Notes under the pieces: generated by a model
The model's database searches: none
What the model saw: the letters and a program-made list of their open reading frames with translations, nothing else
Told to the model about the DNA's origin: nothing
Translations under genes and position numbers: made by a program
NCBI GenBank assembly: GCA_040218575.1
Contig: JAVJRE010000005.1
Location: 113,214 to 177,213, forward strand
DNA from: Alphaproteobacteria bacterium
GTDB lineage: Bacteria; Pseudomonadota; Alphaproteobacteria; JAVJRE01
Direction: 5' to 3'
DNA length: 64,000 bases
Part shown: positions 10,221-24,097 of the stretch, piece after piece
Layout of the letters: each line of letters opens with the position of its first letter
Numbering within the stretch: position 1 is the first letter of the stretch

Positions 10221-10937
10221 ATGGCGAACCAGGAAGTCTCTGAAGTCGCTATTGTAGTGGGCGTGGGGCCGGGACTGGGCAGCGCCTGTGTCCGGCGCTT
10301 TGCCGCCGAGGGTATGGCCGTGGCGGCGGTGGCGCGCTCACCAGACAAGCTGCAAGCGCTCTGCCAGGAAAGTGGCGCGCGCGCCTATGGCTGCGACAGT
10401 GGTGATCCTGCCGCCCTCGCCGCCCTGTTCGCGGCGGTGGACAAGGACCTGGGATCGCCAACCCTGGTGGTCTTTAATGTGGGCGCCGGCGTTCGCGGCA
10501 GCGCCCTGGACATCGAGCCTGAAGCCATAGCCCAGGCCTGGCGGGCCGGCGCTCTGGGCGCCTTCGTCACTGGCCAGGAAGCGGCACGCCGCATGGTCCC
10601 GGCCGGTGCGGGCACAATCATTTATACCGGCGCCACCGCCGGCATGCGCGGCGGCGCCAACTTCGCCGGCTTTGCCGCCGTCAAGTTCAGCCTGCGCGCC
10701 ATCGCCCAGAGTCTGGCCCGTGAACTGGGTCCAAGGGGGGTGCATGTGGCGCACGTCAATATCGACGGCGGCATCCGCCCGCCCGAGGGTCGCAGCCACC
10801 CGCGCATGGGCGACCAGCCAGAGGATTCGTTTCTCGATCCACAGGCCATCGCCGACGCTTATGTGCACCTGCACCGCCAGCCCCGCAGCGCCTGGACTCA
10901 GGAACTGGATCTCCGGCCGTGGGTGGAGAAGTTCTAG
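10221..10937 (+). CDS. SDR-family oxidoreductase
   Basis: GGGAGGA ribosome-binding site before ATG 10221. Gly-rich N-terminal dinucleotide-binding region. Confidence 0.6.
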   Translation: MANQEVSEVAIVVGVGPGLGSACVRRFAAEGMAVAAVARSPDKLQALCQESGARAYGCDSGDPAALAALFAAVDKDLGSPTLVVFNVGAGVRGSALDIEPEAIAQAWRAGALGAFVTGQEAARRMVPAGAGTIIYTGATAGMRGGANFAGFAAVKFSLRAIAQSLARELGPRGVHVAHVNIDGGIRPPEGRSHPRMGDQPEDSFLDPQAIADAYVHLHRQPRSAWTQELDLRPWVEKF

Positions 10938-11512
10938 GGGTCGGTCCGTACGACCAACACCAGCCCGCTGGCCCAGGCCAGGCGAACGACCCGCGCATCG
11001 GCGCGCCCATCCAGCGCTACCAGCAGAGCGGCCACCCGCTGCCCATGACCATCCGGCCAGTTGGTCTGCGGCAACATATCGTCCGCCACATAAAGCCCGC
11101 CGATCCGCAGCAGGCGGAAGGCCTCATCGAACCGTTCATACTTGCCGACCAGTGCGTCGGCGAAGATGAGATCAAATGATCCAGGGGAGGCTCGCGGCAA
11201 CCAGTCCTCGGCCGGCCCGGTCACCAGGTTGAGCCGTGGATCGTCACCCAGATGGCGACGGGCAATGGCCTGCACCGCCGCATCGGGATCGACGCTGGTG
11301 AGGTGTGCGGCGCGGTCCATACCGTCCAGCAGCCAGGCCGTGCCAAGCCCCGTACCTGTGCCCAGCTCCAGCATGCGGCCGCCCGGCCGGCTGGCCGCCA
11401 GCAGACGCAGCAGGGCGCCCGTGCGATGCTCCGATGGCATGGCGAAGCCGGCTGCATTTGTGTCCCGCTCGATCACCGCCAGACACGCCGGCGGCAGCGG
11501 CAGATCATCCAT
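10934..11512 (-). CDS. class I SAM-dependent methyltransferase (O-methyltransferase-like)
   Basis: LELGTGTGLGTAWLL SAM-binding motif I. ~190 aa. Confidence 0.7.
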   Translation of the reverse strand: MDDLPLPPACLAVIERDTNAAGFAMPSEHRTGALLRLLAASRPGGRMLELGTGTGLGTAWLLDGMDRAAHLTSVDPDAAVQAIARRHLGDDPRLNLVTGPAEDWLPRASPGSFDLIFADALVGKYERFDEAFRLLRIGGLYVADDMLPQTNWPDGHGQRVAALLVALDGRADARVVRLAWASGLVLVVRTDP

Positions 11513-11520
11513 GAAAGGGC

Positions 11521-11763
11521 CTACAAACCAAGTGCGCTGCGGTAGGTGTCGAGAAGGGCCTCCTGCTCCGCCCGCTGAGCAGAGTCCATGCGGCGCAGGC
11601 GAACGATCTGGCGCATGATTTTGACGTCGAAGCCGGAGGACTTGGCCTCGCCATAGATTTCCCGGATGTCGGCCGCCAGCGCCGCCTTCTCGTCCTCCAG
11701 CCGTTCAATACGCTCGATGAAACTGCGCAGCCGCTCTGCCGCACTGCCCTGCAGGTCATTCAT
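11521..11763 (-). CDS. gapR: DUF2312 / GapR-like nucleoid-associated protein
   Basis: 80 aa: AERLRSFIERIERLEDEKAALAADIREIYGEAKSSGFDVKIMRQIVRLRRMD matches the GapR/DUF2312 family closely. Start ATG at 11761-11763. Confidence 0.8.
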   Translation of the reverse strand: MNDLQGSAAERLRSFIERIERLEDEKAALAADIREIYGEAKSSGFDVKIMRQIVRLRRMDSAQRAEQEALLDTYRSALGL

Positions 11764-11978
11764 GTCTGGCTCCTGGCGTGAAATGCGCGACCAACCGCAC
11801 TGCGGCCGCGAGGGGCGCACGATAGGAAGCGGGCCGGGCCGGTGCAACCATGCCCCCGAGAGAGGGGCAATGCCTGGCACGCCGGGCGCGACGGCGCGCA
11901 CAATGGTGCCGTCGCGTTCGGCCGGTTTAGCTGGCCAGCCCGATGGACCGGCGAAGCAGGCCGGCCAGGGGGATCGGC

Positions 11979-12272
11979 CTAGTGAGAATGGCTGTCGGCG
12001 AACTTCGCCTTCTGCTCGGCGGTGGCCTCGCGCTGGTACTTCGCCTTCCATTCGCTGTAGGGCATGCCATAGACGATCTCCCGCGCCGCCTCATAATCCA
12101 TGGCGAGGCCGTGCTCCTCCGCCGCTGCCCGATACCATTTGGACAGGCAGTTGCGGCAGAAACCGGACAGATTCATGAGGTCAATATTCTGGACGTCGGT
12201 GCGTTCGCGCAGATGCGCCACAAGCTGGCGAAAGGCCGCCGCTTCCAGTTCCGTCCGGGTCTTGTCGTCCAT
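11979..12272 (-). CDS. DUF1244 family protein
   Basis: 97 aa: FRQLVAHLRERTDVQNIDLMNLSGFCRNCLSKWY resembles DUF1244 proteins. Confidence 0.6.
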   Translation of the reverse strand: MDDKTRTELEAAAFRQLVAHLRERTDVQNIDLMNLSGFCRNCLSKWYRAAAEEHGLAMDYEAAREIVYGMPYSEWKAKYQREATAEQKAKFADSHSH

Positions 12273-12347
12273 GGTCGGGTCCCTCTCTGTCGGATGGCCG
12301 GTGGGGCTAGAGCTAGGTCGCCGGCGGCGCGCTGTCCAGCATTGCCG

Positions 12348-13166
12348 TCAAGCCATGTGGTCCGGCTGCCAGGCCGGAGTACGACGGTGCATCTGGCGCT
12401 TGTACAGCGTCCCGTCGGCGAGGATCGGCCGCAGGGCGCCAAGCAACACATGGGCCCAGTGCGCCACGCCGGCCGGGTCGCTCAACAGATCCTGCCGCAC
12501 TTCGATCATGACATGGGGCCGGCCGGCCGGCTGGGCGTGGGTAGCGGCGGTATAGCCGGTCTCGTTGCGGGCTGAATAGGGCAGATTGTCGCCGACCGTA
12601 AGAGCCGGATCGGCCGCCAGCGCCTCCATCAGGGGCACCGCCATACGCGGGTCATAGTCCCACAGGACGCCGAGCTGCCACGGCCGCACCTGGCCGTCGA
12701 AGACCGGCGTGAAACTGTGAATGGAGATCAAGGCCGGCGCTTCACAGGCGGCAGACAAGCGGTCCAGTTCCATGGCGATGGCGTGGTGGTACGGGACGAA
12801 CAGCGCATCGTGCCGCGCCTGTCTGGCGGTCCGGGACAGGCCCTGGTTGCCCGGAATAGTCGTACCATCGCTCACCTGGGGGATGGCGGTGGGATGGCCG
12901 GGCGGCCGATTGACGTCCAGCACCAGCCGCGAATAGCCGGCGAGAATGGCCGGCACCCGCAGCGCCGCCGCCAGACGGCGAGTCAGCGCCGCAGCACCGA
13001 TATCCACCGCAATATGACGGCGCAAATCAGCCGCGCTCAGGCCCAGCCCCTTGAGCGAGGCCGGAATCCGCGCACTGGCATGATCGCAGACCAGCAACAC
13101 ACGCGCGTCCGCCGGGCCGGCCAGGCGGTCAAAACACGGTGGATCATCGGGACCGATCAATGGCAT
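12348..13166 (-). CDS. N-formylglutamate amidohydrolase family protein
   Basis: LLVCDHASARIP ... SIHSFTP motifs resemble FGase (HutG-like). Start ATG at 13164-13166. Confidence 0.65.
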   Translation of the reverse strand: MPLIGPDDPPCFDRLAGPADARVLLVCDHASARIPASLKGLGLSAADLRRHIAVDIGAAALTRRLAAALRVPAILAGYSRLVLDVNRPPGHPTAIPQVSDGTTIPGNQGLSRTARQARHDALFVPYHHAIAMELDRLSAACEAPALISIHSFTPVFDGQVRPWQLGVLWDYDPRMAVPLMEALAADPALTVGDNLPYSARNETGYTAATHAQPAGRPHVMIEVRQDLLSDPAGVAHWAHVLLGALRPILADGTLYKRQMHRRTPAWQPDHMA

Positions 13167-13319
13167 GGGACACCTCCGGCACACGCGGGGACGGGCAGTC
13201 TAACGGCGGCCAGGGCTATGCAGAACCGCCACCCGCACACGGCCGGATGAAATCCCGGCTGGCCGCCGGGCCAGCAGCGGCAATTCCATCCGGCCCGCGA
13301 CTGCTCTAGAACAGGCGCC

Positions 13320-14246
13320 ATGTCCGCCACATCGCTTGATATTGTTCAGCTTGCCCGACGCGAACGTCTGGCTCTCGCCGCGCTGGCCTGTGGCGCGCTG
13401 GCCATCGCCTTCGCGCCGATCTTCGTGCGGCTGAGCGAAATCGGCCCGCTTGGCACGGCCTTCTGGCGACCGCTGCTGGCGATGCCCATGCTGTGGCTGT
13501 GGCTGGCGGCGACGCCGGTGGAGACACCCGCCCATCGGCCCATGACCCGGCGCGACCTGGCGCTGTTCGCCCTGGCCGGACTGTGCTTCGCCGGTGACCT
13601 CGGCTTCTGGCACTTCTCCATCGCCCTGACATCAGTCGCCAATGCCACTCTGTTACCCAACACTGCGCCCATTTTTGTCACGCTAGTGGCGTGGCTGATT
13701 TTCCGCGAGCGGGTGACGCGCCTGTTTCTGGCCGGCATGGCCGTCGCATTTGCCGGCATGGCCGTATTGATGGGCGACAGCATTTCCGTCAGTGCATCCA
13801 CCCTTGTGGGTGACGGGCTATCCATCGTTACGGCCTTCTTCTATGGCTGCTATTTCCTGGTGGTGGAGCGCCTGCGCCGCCAGCACGGACCGGGCCGCAT
13901 CATTTTCTGGTCGAGCCTGTTCACCGCTCTCATCATGCTGCCGGCCCTGCTGGTGGCGGGCGAACCCCTGCTGGCGACAACCCTGTCCGGCTGGCTGGTG
14001 CTGCTTGGCCTGGCGGCGGTATCCCATGCGGGCGGTCAGGGCCTGATCGCCTATGCGCTGGCCCATCTGCCGGCGACATTCGTCTCCGTCGGTCTGCTGT
14101 TGCAGCCAGTGGCGGCGGCGATTCTCGCCTGGCTGCTGCTGGCGGAGGCTTTAGGGCCGCTGCAGGCCATAGGCGGCGTGATCGTTCTGGGTGGCGTGTT
14201 CATCGCCCGCAAAGGCCGGCGGCGGCCGGTGATGGCAACGCCGTGA
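13320..14246 (+). CDS. DMT-superfamily (EamA) transporter
   Basis: About 10 predicted TM helices with a duplicated EamA-like architecture. 308 aa. Confidence 0.7.
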   Translation: MSATSLDIVQLARRERLALAALACGALAIAFAPIFVRLSEIGPLGTAFWRPLLAMPMLWLWLAATPVETPAHRPMTRRDLALFALAGLCFAGDLGFWHFSIALTSVANATLLPNTAPIFVTLVAWLIFRERVTRLFLAGMAVAFAGMAVLMGDSISVSASTLVGDGLSIVTAFFYGCYFLVVERLRRQHGPGRIIFWSSLFTALIMLPALLVAGEPLLATTLSGWLVLLGLAAVSHAGGQGLIAYALAHLPATFVSVGLLLQPVAAAILAWLLLAEALGPLQAIGGVIVLGGVFIARKGRRRPVMATP

Positions 14247-15550
14247 GCCGGCCGTTGGACGACCCCCGCGCCTTTCTGGAAGACCTGTTCAGGGCGGCCA
14301 TCGCCAGCGCCGATCCGCTCAATTGCGTACCGCCATTCCTGCCGCCCGCGCCGGCCGGCCGCACCCTGGTGATCGGCGCCGGCAAGGCCTCCGCGCGCAT
14401 GGCCCAGGCGGTGGAGCAGGCATGGGCGGCCGACGGCCGTCGTGGCGCCCTGTCCGGTCTGGTGGTGACACGCTATGGCCATGGCGCGCCGTGCAAGAAC
14501 ATTGAGATTGTCGAAGCGGCCCATCCGGTGCCAGATGCGGCCGGCGAAGCGGCGGCGCGGCGCATACTGAAACTGGTACGCGGGCTCACTCGTGATGACC
14601 TGGTGCTGTGCCTCATCTCTGGCGGCGGCTCGGCCCTGCTGGCGGCGCCGGCCGACGGCCTGACCCTGGCTGACAAGCAGGACATCAATCGCCAGTTACT
14701 GCGGGCGGGGGCGTCCATCAGTGAGATGAACGCGGTGCGCAAGCACCTGTCGGCCATCAAGGGCGGCCGGCTGGCCGCCGCCGCGGCACCTGCCCGGGTC
14801 GTCACCCTGGCCATATCGGATGTGCCGGGCGACGACCCGTCGGTCATCGCCTCGGGCCCCACCGTCGCCGACCCGTCCACCTATGGCGAGGCCCGCACCA
14901 TCGTCGCCCGCTATGGCCTGGACCTGCCGCCGGCCGCCAGCCGCATCCTGCGCGAAGCCGGCGACGAGACGCCGAAGCCGGGCGATCCCCGGCTGGCCGG
15001 CCACGCCTATCATATGATTGCCTCGCCGGCGGCGGCGCTGGCGGCGGCGGCGGCGCTGGCCGAAAAAGCCGGCGTGGGCGTTGAAAATCTGGGCGATGCC
15101 ATAGAAGGGCACGCCCGCACGGTCGGCCAGGACCATGCCGCCCTCGCCTTGCGCCGTCAGGCGGCGCTGGCCGCCGGCCAGTCACTGGTCCTGTTGAGTG
15201 GCGGCGAAACCACGGTGGTGGTGCGCGGCACCGGCAAAGGCGGGCGTAATGCGGAATATGCACTGGCCCAGGCGGTGGCGCTGAACGGCGCCGCCGGCAT
15301 TGCCGGGCTCGCCGGCGACACCGACGGCATCGACGGCATCACCGACGCCGCCGGCGTCGTCTTCGACCCGGCGACGCTGGAGCGCGCCCGTCGTGGCGGG
15401 CTGGACCCGGCGGCCCGACTGGACGACAACGATGCCTACAGCCTGTTTTCCGCCACCGGCGGCCTGATTGTCACGGGCCCGACACTGACGAATGTTAATG
15501 ATTTCAGGGCCACACTGATTTGCCACCCGTCCGACCCTCAGGCGTCATGA
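14243..15550 (+). CDS. glycerate 2-kinase (MOFRL family)
   Basis: LVIGAGKASARMA and GGETTVVVRG..GKGGRNAEYALA motifs typical of MOFRL glycerate kinases. 4-bp overlap with upstream gene. Confidence 0.75.
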   Translation: MSRPLDDPRAFLEDLFRAAIASADPLNCVPPFLPPAPAGRTLVIGAGKASARMAQAVEQAWAADGRRGALSGLVVTRYGHGAPCKNIEIVEAAHPVPDAAGEAAARRILKLVRGLTRDDLVLCLISGGGSALLAAPADGLTLADKQDINRQLLRAGASISEMNAVRKHLSAIKGGRLAAAAAPARVVTLAISDVPGDDPSVIASGPTVADPSTYGEARTIVARYGLDLPPAASRILREAGDETPKPGDPRLAGHAYHMIASPAAALAAAAALAEKAGVGVENLGDAIEGHARTVGQDHAALALRRQAALAAGQSLVLLSGGETTVVVRGTGKGGRNAEYALAQAVALNGAAGIAGLAGDTDGIDGITDAAGVVFDPATLERARRGGLDPAARLDDNDAYSLFSATGGLIVTGPTLTNVNDFRATLICHPSDPQAS

Positions 15551-15611
15551 CCGCGACTATGATGACTCGCCATAACCCAACCGAACCCTGCGCCGCCCGC
15601 AGGGCCAAGCC

Positions 15612-17075
15612 ATGATGCGGCGCAACCGGGCGGCAAAGATCCTCGCCACCCTGGGCCCGTCGTCCAGTGATCCGGTGGTGATTGCGGATCTGTTTTTCGC
15701 CGGCGTTGATATCTTTCGCCTCAACTTCAGTCACGGCACCGCGGACGACCACCGGGCGCGCGCCGCCACCATCCGCATGCTGGAAGACGAGAGCGACCGG
15801 CCTATAGCCATCCTGGCCGACCTGCAGGGCCCCAAGCTGCGGCTGGGCGTATTCACGGGGGAATCGGCGACATTGAAGGCCGGGGAGCCCTTCCGCCTCG
15901 ATCTCGATCCGGCGCCAGGCGACAATCGCCGCGTCTGTTTCCCCCATAGCGAGGTCTATGGCGCCCTGGGACCGGACAGCGAACTGCTGCTGGACGACGG
16001 ACGGTTGCGCCTGCGCGTGGTGAGTGCCGGGGCCGATGCTCTGGATACGGAAGTCATGACCGGCGGCACCGTTCGCGACCGCAAGGGTGTCAACGTGCCC
16101 GGTGTGTTGCTGCCCCTGTCACCGATGACCGACAAGGATCGCAAGGACCTGAAAACAGCGCTGAAGATCGGCGTGGACTGGGTGGCGCTGTCTTTCGTTC
16201 AGCGTCCGGAGGATGTGGCGGAAGCCCGTGCCCTGATCGGTGACAAGGCGGCCATCATGGTCAAGCTGGAAAAGCCCGCCGCCATTCAGCAGCTTGATGA
16301 AATCATCGCGCTGGCCGACGCGGTCATGGTGGCCCGCGGCGATCTGGGGGTCGAACTGCCGCCGGAAGATGTGCCCAGCCTGCAGAAACGTATCGTCCGC
16401 GCCTGCCGCCAGGCCGGCAAGCCGGTGGTGATCGCCACCCAGATGCTGGAATCCATGATCAACAGTCCGGCGCCGACGCGGGCGGAGGCCTCCGATGTGG
16501 CGACCGCGGTCTATGACGGGGCCGATGCGGTGATGCTGTCGGCCGAAACCGCGGCCGGCGCCCATCCGGTCGAGTCCGTTACCATGATGAGCCGGATCAT
16601 CCGCCGGGTGGAGGGCGACACCCACTACCGCATGGTGATTGATTCGGTTCATGCGCGGCCCGAAACCAATGTCGCCGGCGCCATCACCGCGGCAGCCGGC
16701 CAGGTGGCGGAGACCATCAACGCCGCCTGCATCATCACCTATTCGCTGACCGGTAAAACAACCATGCGGGCGGCGCGGGAGCGGCCGCAGGTGCCGATCC
16801 TGGGCCTGACTCCCAGCGCGGTGACCGCGCGGCGCATGAGTCTGGTGTGGGGCGTCCATTGCGTGCGCACGGAAGACGCCCGCGATGCCGATGACATGGT
16901 GGACAAGGCGATCAGTGTGGCCCGTCGTGAAGGCTTTGCCGGGGACGATGACTGGCTGGTGATCACCGCTGGCGTACCCTTCGGCACAGCCGGGTCCACC
17001 AACCTGCTGCGCGTCGCCAATGTGGCCACGGTCCGCCAGGACGATGCTTCTGAATCCCTGAACAGCCTGCTTTAG
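15612..17075 (+). CDS. pyk: pyruvate kinase
   Basis: AKILATLGPSS, FRLNFSHG and MVARGDLGVE motifs. 487 aa. Confidence 0.9.
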   Translation: MMRRNRAAKILATLGPSSSDPVVIADLFFAGVDIFRLNFSHGTADDHRARAATIRMLEDESDRPIAILADLQGPKLRLGVFTGESATLKAGEPFRLDLDPAPGDNRRVCFPHSEVYGALGPDSELLLDDGRLRLRVVSAGADALDTEVMTGGTVRDRKGVNVPGVLLPLSPMTDKDRKDLKTALKIGVDWVALSFVQRPEDVAEARALIGDKAAIMVKLEKPAAIQQLDEIIALADAVMVARGDLGVELPPEDVPSLQKRIVRACRQAGKPVVIATQMLESMINSPAPTRAEASDVATAVYDGADAVMLSAETAAGAHPVESVTMMSRIIRRVEGDTHYRMVIDSVHARPETNVAGAITAAAGQVAETINAACIITYSLTGKTTMRAARERPQVPILGLTPSAVTARRMSLVWGVHCVRTEDARDADDMVDKAISVARREGFAGDDDWLVITAGVPFGTAGSTNLLRVANVATVRQDDASESLNSLL

Positions 17076-17081
17076 TCCGGA

Positions 17082-17345
17082 CTAATGGTCCGCCGTCGCC
17101 GCAGCCCTCTGGCGCAGGCGCTGGCGCGCCCGGTGTTCGCGTACCGCCAGCGCCGCCTCGCCGCCACCCAGACACCAGGCCAGCGCCGCGACCCACACCA
17201 CGGATGCCAGGGCGATGCCGAGGACCGCTGCCGCGTGATGAGCAGTGGACAGGACATCGCCGGCCCAGGCCCACGCCAGCAACCCGGCCGGTCCGGCAAC
17301 CGCCAGGACAAGGGCCAGCGGCAGGGGTATCTGCTTGCGGGACAT
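17082..17345 (-). CDS. small two-TM membrane protein (hypothetical)
   Basis: 87 aa with two hydrophobic helices. Located between pyk and the aminotransferase. Confidence 0.4.
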   Translation of the reverse strand: MSRKQIPLPLALVLAVAGPAGLLAWAWAGDVLSTAHHAAAVLGIALASVVWVAALAWCLGGGEAALAVREHRARQRLRQRAAATADH

Positions 17346-17371
17346 CAGGGGCCCTGCCGGCTCTGCCAGCC

Positions 17372-18640
<1,269 letters not shown>

Positions 18641-18688
18641 TCAAGCGAGGGCCGGACGGACCGGCGGCGCGACGGCGCGACGGGGCGT

Positions 18689-19609
18689 TCAACCAGCCTT
18701 GCGCGGCGGCGCCACCGTATAGCCATAGTCGTTGCGGGCGGTGCGGCTTTCCTTCCAGTCCCGGGAGCGCTTGCCCCACAGATTGGCGGGATCCACCCCC
18801 GGCCGATAGGTGCCGGAGAGGATCGTGTCGTCGTCCAACACCTGCAGCGGCACATACTTGTGGCCATCGAAACCGCGAAACGGTGCGTTGCGCACGGTGT
18901 TGTATGACAGGTGCAACACGGTGCGGTTGCGGTCGCTGGTATTGGCGCCGGAGGCGTGCAGGGTATTGCCGTGAAAGAACACCGCGTCGCCCGGCGCCAG
19001 ATCGCATTCCACCAGCTCCATATCGCCCAGCGCCTTCTCGACAAACTCCGGGTCGGTGCCGACCGACTGGCCGATGGGGACATGATCCACCCGGCCCATG
19101 AGGTGCGAGCCGCGGACCAGATTGACGCAGCCATTGTCCCGGTCGGTGGCGTCAATGGCGATCATGCAGGTAAGCATTTCCGGCCTGAGGCAGCCTTCGC
19201 GGTACCAGCTTCCATAATCCTGATGCCAGTCCCACGCGCCTTCGCTGTGCGGCTCCTTGAATGATATCTTGGAGTGCCAGTGATAGATGTCCTCGCCGCC
19301 CAGCAGATCAGTGGTCATATCCACCACCCGGCGAATACGGGTCATGGTGCCGAGAAGATCTTCGGAATGGCCGCTCCAACCAAACAGCTCCGCCGGCTTG
19401 CCGGCGGCGTTGATGACGCCCACACGGCCGTCGCGGAACTCTGTCTCGGTGGTAATGAAGCGATGAAAGATGTCGATCTCCGCCTGGCTGAACAGCGCCG
19501 GGATCCGCAGAAAGCCATCGGCCCGCCACGTCGCCATCTGATCCGCCGACAGGCGACGCAGCGGCGGCGGCGACAGGTCGGCAGGAGCCATTTCGGATAG
19601 CAAGGTCAT
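18689..19609 (-). CDS. phytanoyl-CoA dioxygenase (PhyH) family Fe(II)/2-oxoglutarate dioxygenase
   Basis: HWHSK...D and HGNTLHASGAN motifs (His-X-Asp...His facial triad). Start taken at ATG 19607-19609. Confidence 0.7.
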   Translation of the reverse strand: MTLLSEMAPADLSPPPLRRLSADQMATWRADGFLRIPALFSQAEIDIFHRFITTETEFRDGRVGVINAAGKPAELFGWSGHSEDLLGTMTRIRRVVDMTTDLLGGEDIYHWHSKISFKEPHSEGAWDWHQDYGSWYREGCLRPEMLTCMIAIDATDRDNGCVNLVRGSHLMGRVDHVPIGQSVGTDPEFVEKALGDMELVECDLAPGDAVFFHGNTLHASGANTSDRNRTVLHLSYNTVRNAPFRGFDGHKYVPLQVLDDDTILSGTYRPGVDPANLWGKRSRDWKESRTARNDYGYTVAPPRKAG

Positions 19610-19746
19610 GGCGGATCTCCACGGTGTTACGGGCCAGACAGGCGACGGCTCATTAGACCGCCCGGCTAGCCAGTCGGGCAAGGGCAGACGATGTCTTTGT
19701 GCCAGCATGTCTGGCCTTTGACGCGCCGCCAACCCACTATACCCCC

Positions 19747-21927
<2,181 letters not shown>

Positions 21928-22038
21928 GCCCGCCACGAACAGAGCAGCGTTTCCCGCAGGCACGGCGCATGGTAGGACCTTCCACCGAAATCACCATCCA
22001 ATCGCTCCCCTGTCGCTCTACTGGCAAAGGCCGTCCTG

Positions 22039-22986
22039 ATGTTCGCCCTGCAAATCCTTCTTGGTTTTGTCCTGCTGATCGGCAGCGCGGAAATCCTTGT
22101 GCGCGGCGCCGTGGCCCTGGCCCATCGTATCCACGTATCGCCGATGATCATCGGTCTGACCATCGTCGCCTATGGCACCACCATGCCGGAACTGGTGGTC
22201 AGCCTGGAGGCGGCGCGAAACGGCGCCGTCGGCGTCGCCATCGGCAATGTGGTGGGCAGCAACATCGCCAACATCCTGCTGATTCTGGGCATTGCCGCGG
22301 TTATCGCGCCGATCCCCTGCGAGGGCCGGACCATGCGCCGCGAAGGCGTTGTGGCCATCTTCGCGGCCTTCCTGCTGGCCGCGCTAGCGTTGGACGGAAA
22401 GCTGGCCCCCTGGCACGGGATCGGCATGATCGCTCTGCTGGTCGGCCTGACCTTTTGGTCGGTGCGGCGCGACCGCCGACAGCGGCGGCTGGCGGCGGAG
22501 ATTTCCAAAGAGGAACTGCCCAAGGGACCGAGCTCGCTGCCGGCCGCCGGCGGCCTGTTGCTGGGCGGCTTGGTCGGCATCCTGATCGGCGCGCCGCTGC
22601 TGGTGGATGGCGCCGTCACCATGGCGCAGATCCTGGGCGTTTCGGACGCGGTCATCGGTCTGACGGTAGTCGCCGTCGGAACCTCCCTGCCCGAACTGGC
22701 GACGGCCGTGGTGGCGGCGCGACGGGGTGACCCGGAAGTAGCGCTGGGCAATATCCTGGGCGCCAATACCTACAACATCATGTTCATCCTGGGTCTGGTA
22801 GCGATCATCGCGCCGGTAACGATCCCACCCTCGATTGCCGGGCTGGACATCTGGCTGATGCTCATAGTGACTCTGGTATTTGCCGGCAGCGCCCTGCTGA
22901 CCGGGCGTACTTCACGGGGCCTGGGCATCGGGTTCCTGCTGGCCTATGGCGCCTACACCACCTACCAGTACACCGGCGCGGCATAA
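22039..22986 (+). CDS. Ca2+/Na+ antiporter (CaCA family, YrbG-like)
   Basis: Duplicated alpha-repeats GTTMPELVVS / GTSLPELATA. 315 aa polytopic. Confidence 0.85.
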   Translation: MFALQILLGFVLLIGSAEILVRGAVALAHRIHVSPMIIGLTIVAYGTTMPELVVSLEAARNGAVGVAIGNVVGSNIANILLILGIAAVIAPIPCEGRTMRREGVVAIFAAFLLAALALDGKLAPWHGIGMIALLVGLTFWSVRRDRRQRRLAAEISKEELPKGPSSLPAAGGLLLGGLVGILIGAPLLVDGAVTMAQILGVSDAVIGLTVVAVGTSLPELATAVVAARRGDPEVALGNILGANTYNIMFILGLVAIIAPVTIPPSIAGLDIWLMLIVTLVFAGSALLTGRTSRGLGIGFLLAYGAYTTYQYTGAA

Positions 22987-23022
22987 GACTGGCCGCGAAA
23001 CATTCACGGCGAGGGACATGAC

Positions 23023-23799
23023 GTGGCGGCAGACCTGAACCAACCATCCCCCGTCGCTCTGGTCACCGGCGCGGCCAGACGGATCGGCCGCGAGATTGCG
23101 TTGGGCCTGGCCGAGGCCGGATGGACAGTGGCCGTCCACTATCACAGCTCCGCCGCCGAGGCAGAAGAAACGGTTGTGCAGATCAAGACCGCCGGCGGCC
23201 GGGCGCGGGCCTATGCCGCCGACCTCGCCCGCGAGGATCAGGTGCAGACCCTGGCGCGTCGGGTGCAGGACGAGCTGGGGGCCTATACCTGCCTGGTCAA
23301 CAATGCGTCGCGTTTCGACTATGACTCGGTCGCCAGCACCACCCGCGAAAGCTGGGACGCCCATATGGAGCCCAATCTGCGGGCGCCCTTCGTCCTCAGC
23401 CAGTCACTCTATGCCGGGCTGCCAGATGGCGCGGACGGCCATATCGTCAACCTGCTGGACCAGCGTGTCTGGAACCTGACGCCTCATTTCCTGTCCTACA
23501 CCGTTTCCAAGGCGGGTCTTTGGGCCCTGACCCAATCGCTGGCGCTGGCCATGGCGCCACGAGTGCGGGTCAACGGCATCGGGCCGGGGCCGACCCTGCC
23601 CTCCCCCCACCAGAGCGACGAGCAGTTCGCCGCCTATGCCGCCCGTCAGCCGCTGCAACGCCCGGCGTCACCGGAGGAAATCCGCCGTGCGGTCCTGTTC
23701 ATCCTGTCCAGCCCGTCGCTGACCGGCCAGATGCTGGCGCTGGATGGCGGCCAGCACCTGAACTGGGCGCCCGGCAAGGCCGCACCACTGGACCAGTGA
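23023..23799 (+). CDS. SDR-family oxidoreductase (pteridine reductase / FolM-like)
   Basis: TGAARRIGREIA cofactor motif and YTVSKAG catalytic YxxxK. Confidence 0.7.
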   Translation: MAADLNQPSPVALVTGAARRIGREIALGLAEAGWTVAVHYHSSAAEAEETVVQIKTAGGRARAYAADLAREDQVQTLARRVQDELGAYTCLVNNASRFDYDSVASTTRESWDAHMEPNLRAPFVLSQSLYAGLPDGADGHIVNLLDQRVWNLTPHFLSYTVSKAGLWALTQSLALAMAPRVRVNGIGPGPTLPSPHQSDEQFAAYAARQPLQRPASPEEIRRAVLFILSSPSLTGQMLALDGGQHLNWAPGKAAPLDQ

Positions 23800-24068
23800 C
23801 ATGACCTGGCCCGGCCCGCGGTACCGGAGCCCGCGCCCGCACGATAAAACCATGGTCCAAGTGGCCGGTTTCCGCCCCGAAACGGGCTCCCGCCCTTTAT
23901 AGTTGTGCACAGACGCCCGTTCCTCCCGCCCGGACCGCGACGGTTCCGTGTATCAGGCTGGGTGGCGCCGGACATACCGTCTTTCGTGGCAGGAAATACG
24001 TTATATATCAGCAACTTATTATTTCTGCCCCTTTTTTGTGCAGATCGCACTTCAAGGCGGTTTTGGGC

Positions 24069-24097
24069 GGCCTCACGACTTGGCGAGAGGTTTTTTC
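24069..24097 (+). terminator. terminator-like hairpin plus T6 inside the uvrC upstream intergenic region
   Basis: CCTCACG-ACTTGG-CGAGAGG stem-loop followed by TTTTTT. ~140 nt upstream of the uvrC start. Confidence 0.35.

Noticed and set aside
19610-19746. Possible LexA (SOS) box between the divergent phyH-family gene and uvrB
   Set aside because: I searched for the alphaproteobacterial GTTC-N7-GTTC / GAAC-N7-GAAC motif. Only an ATGTCT...ATGTCT direct repeat is present, with no convincing SOS box.
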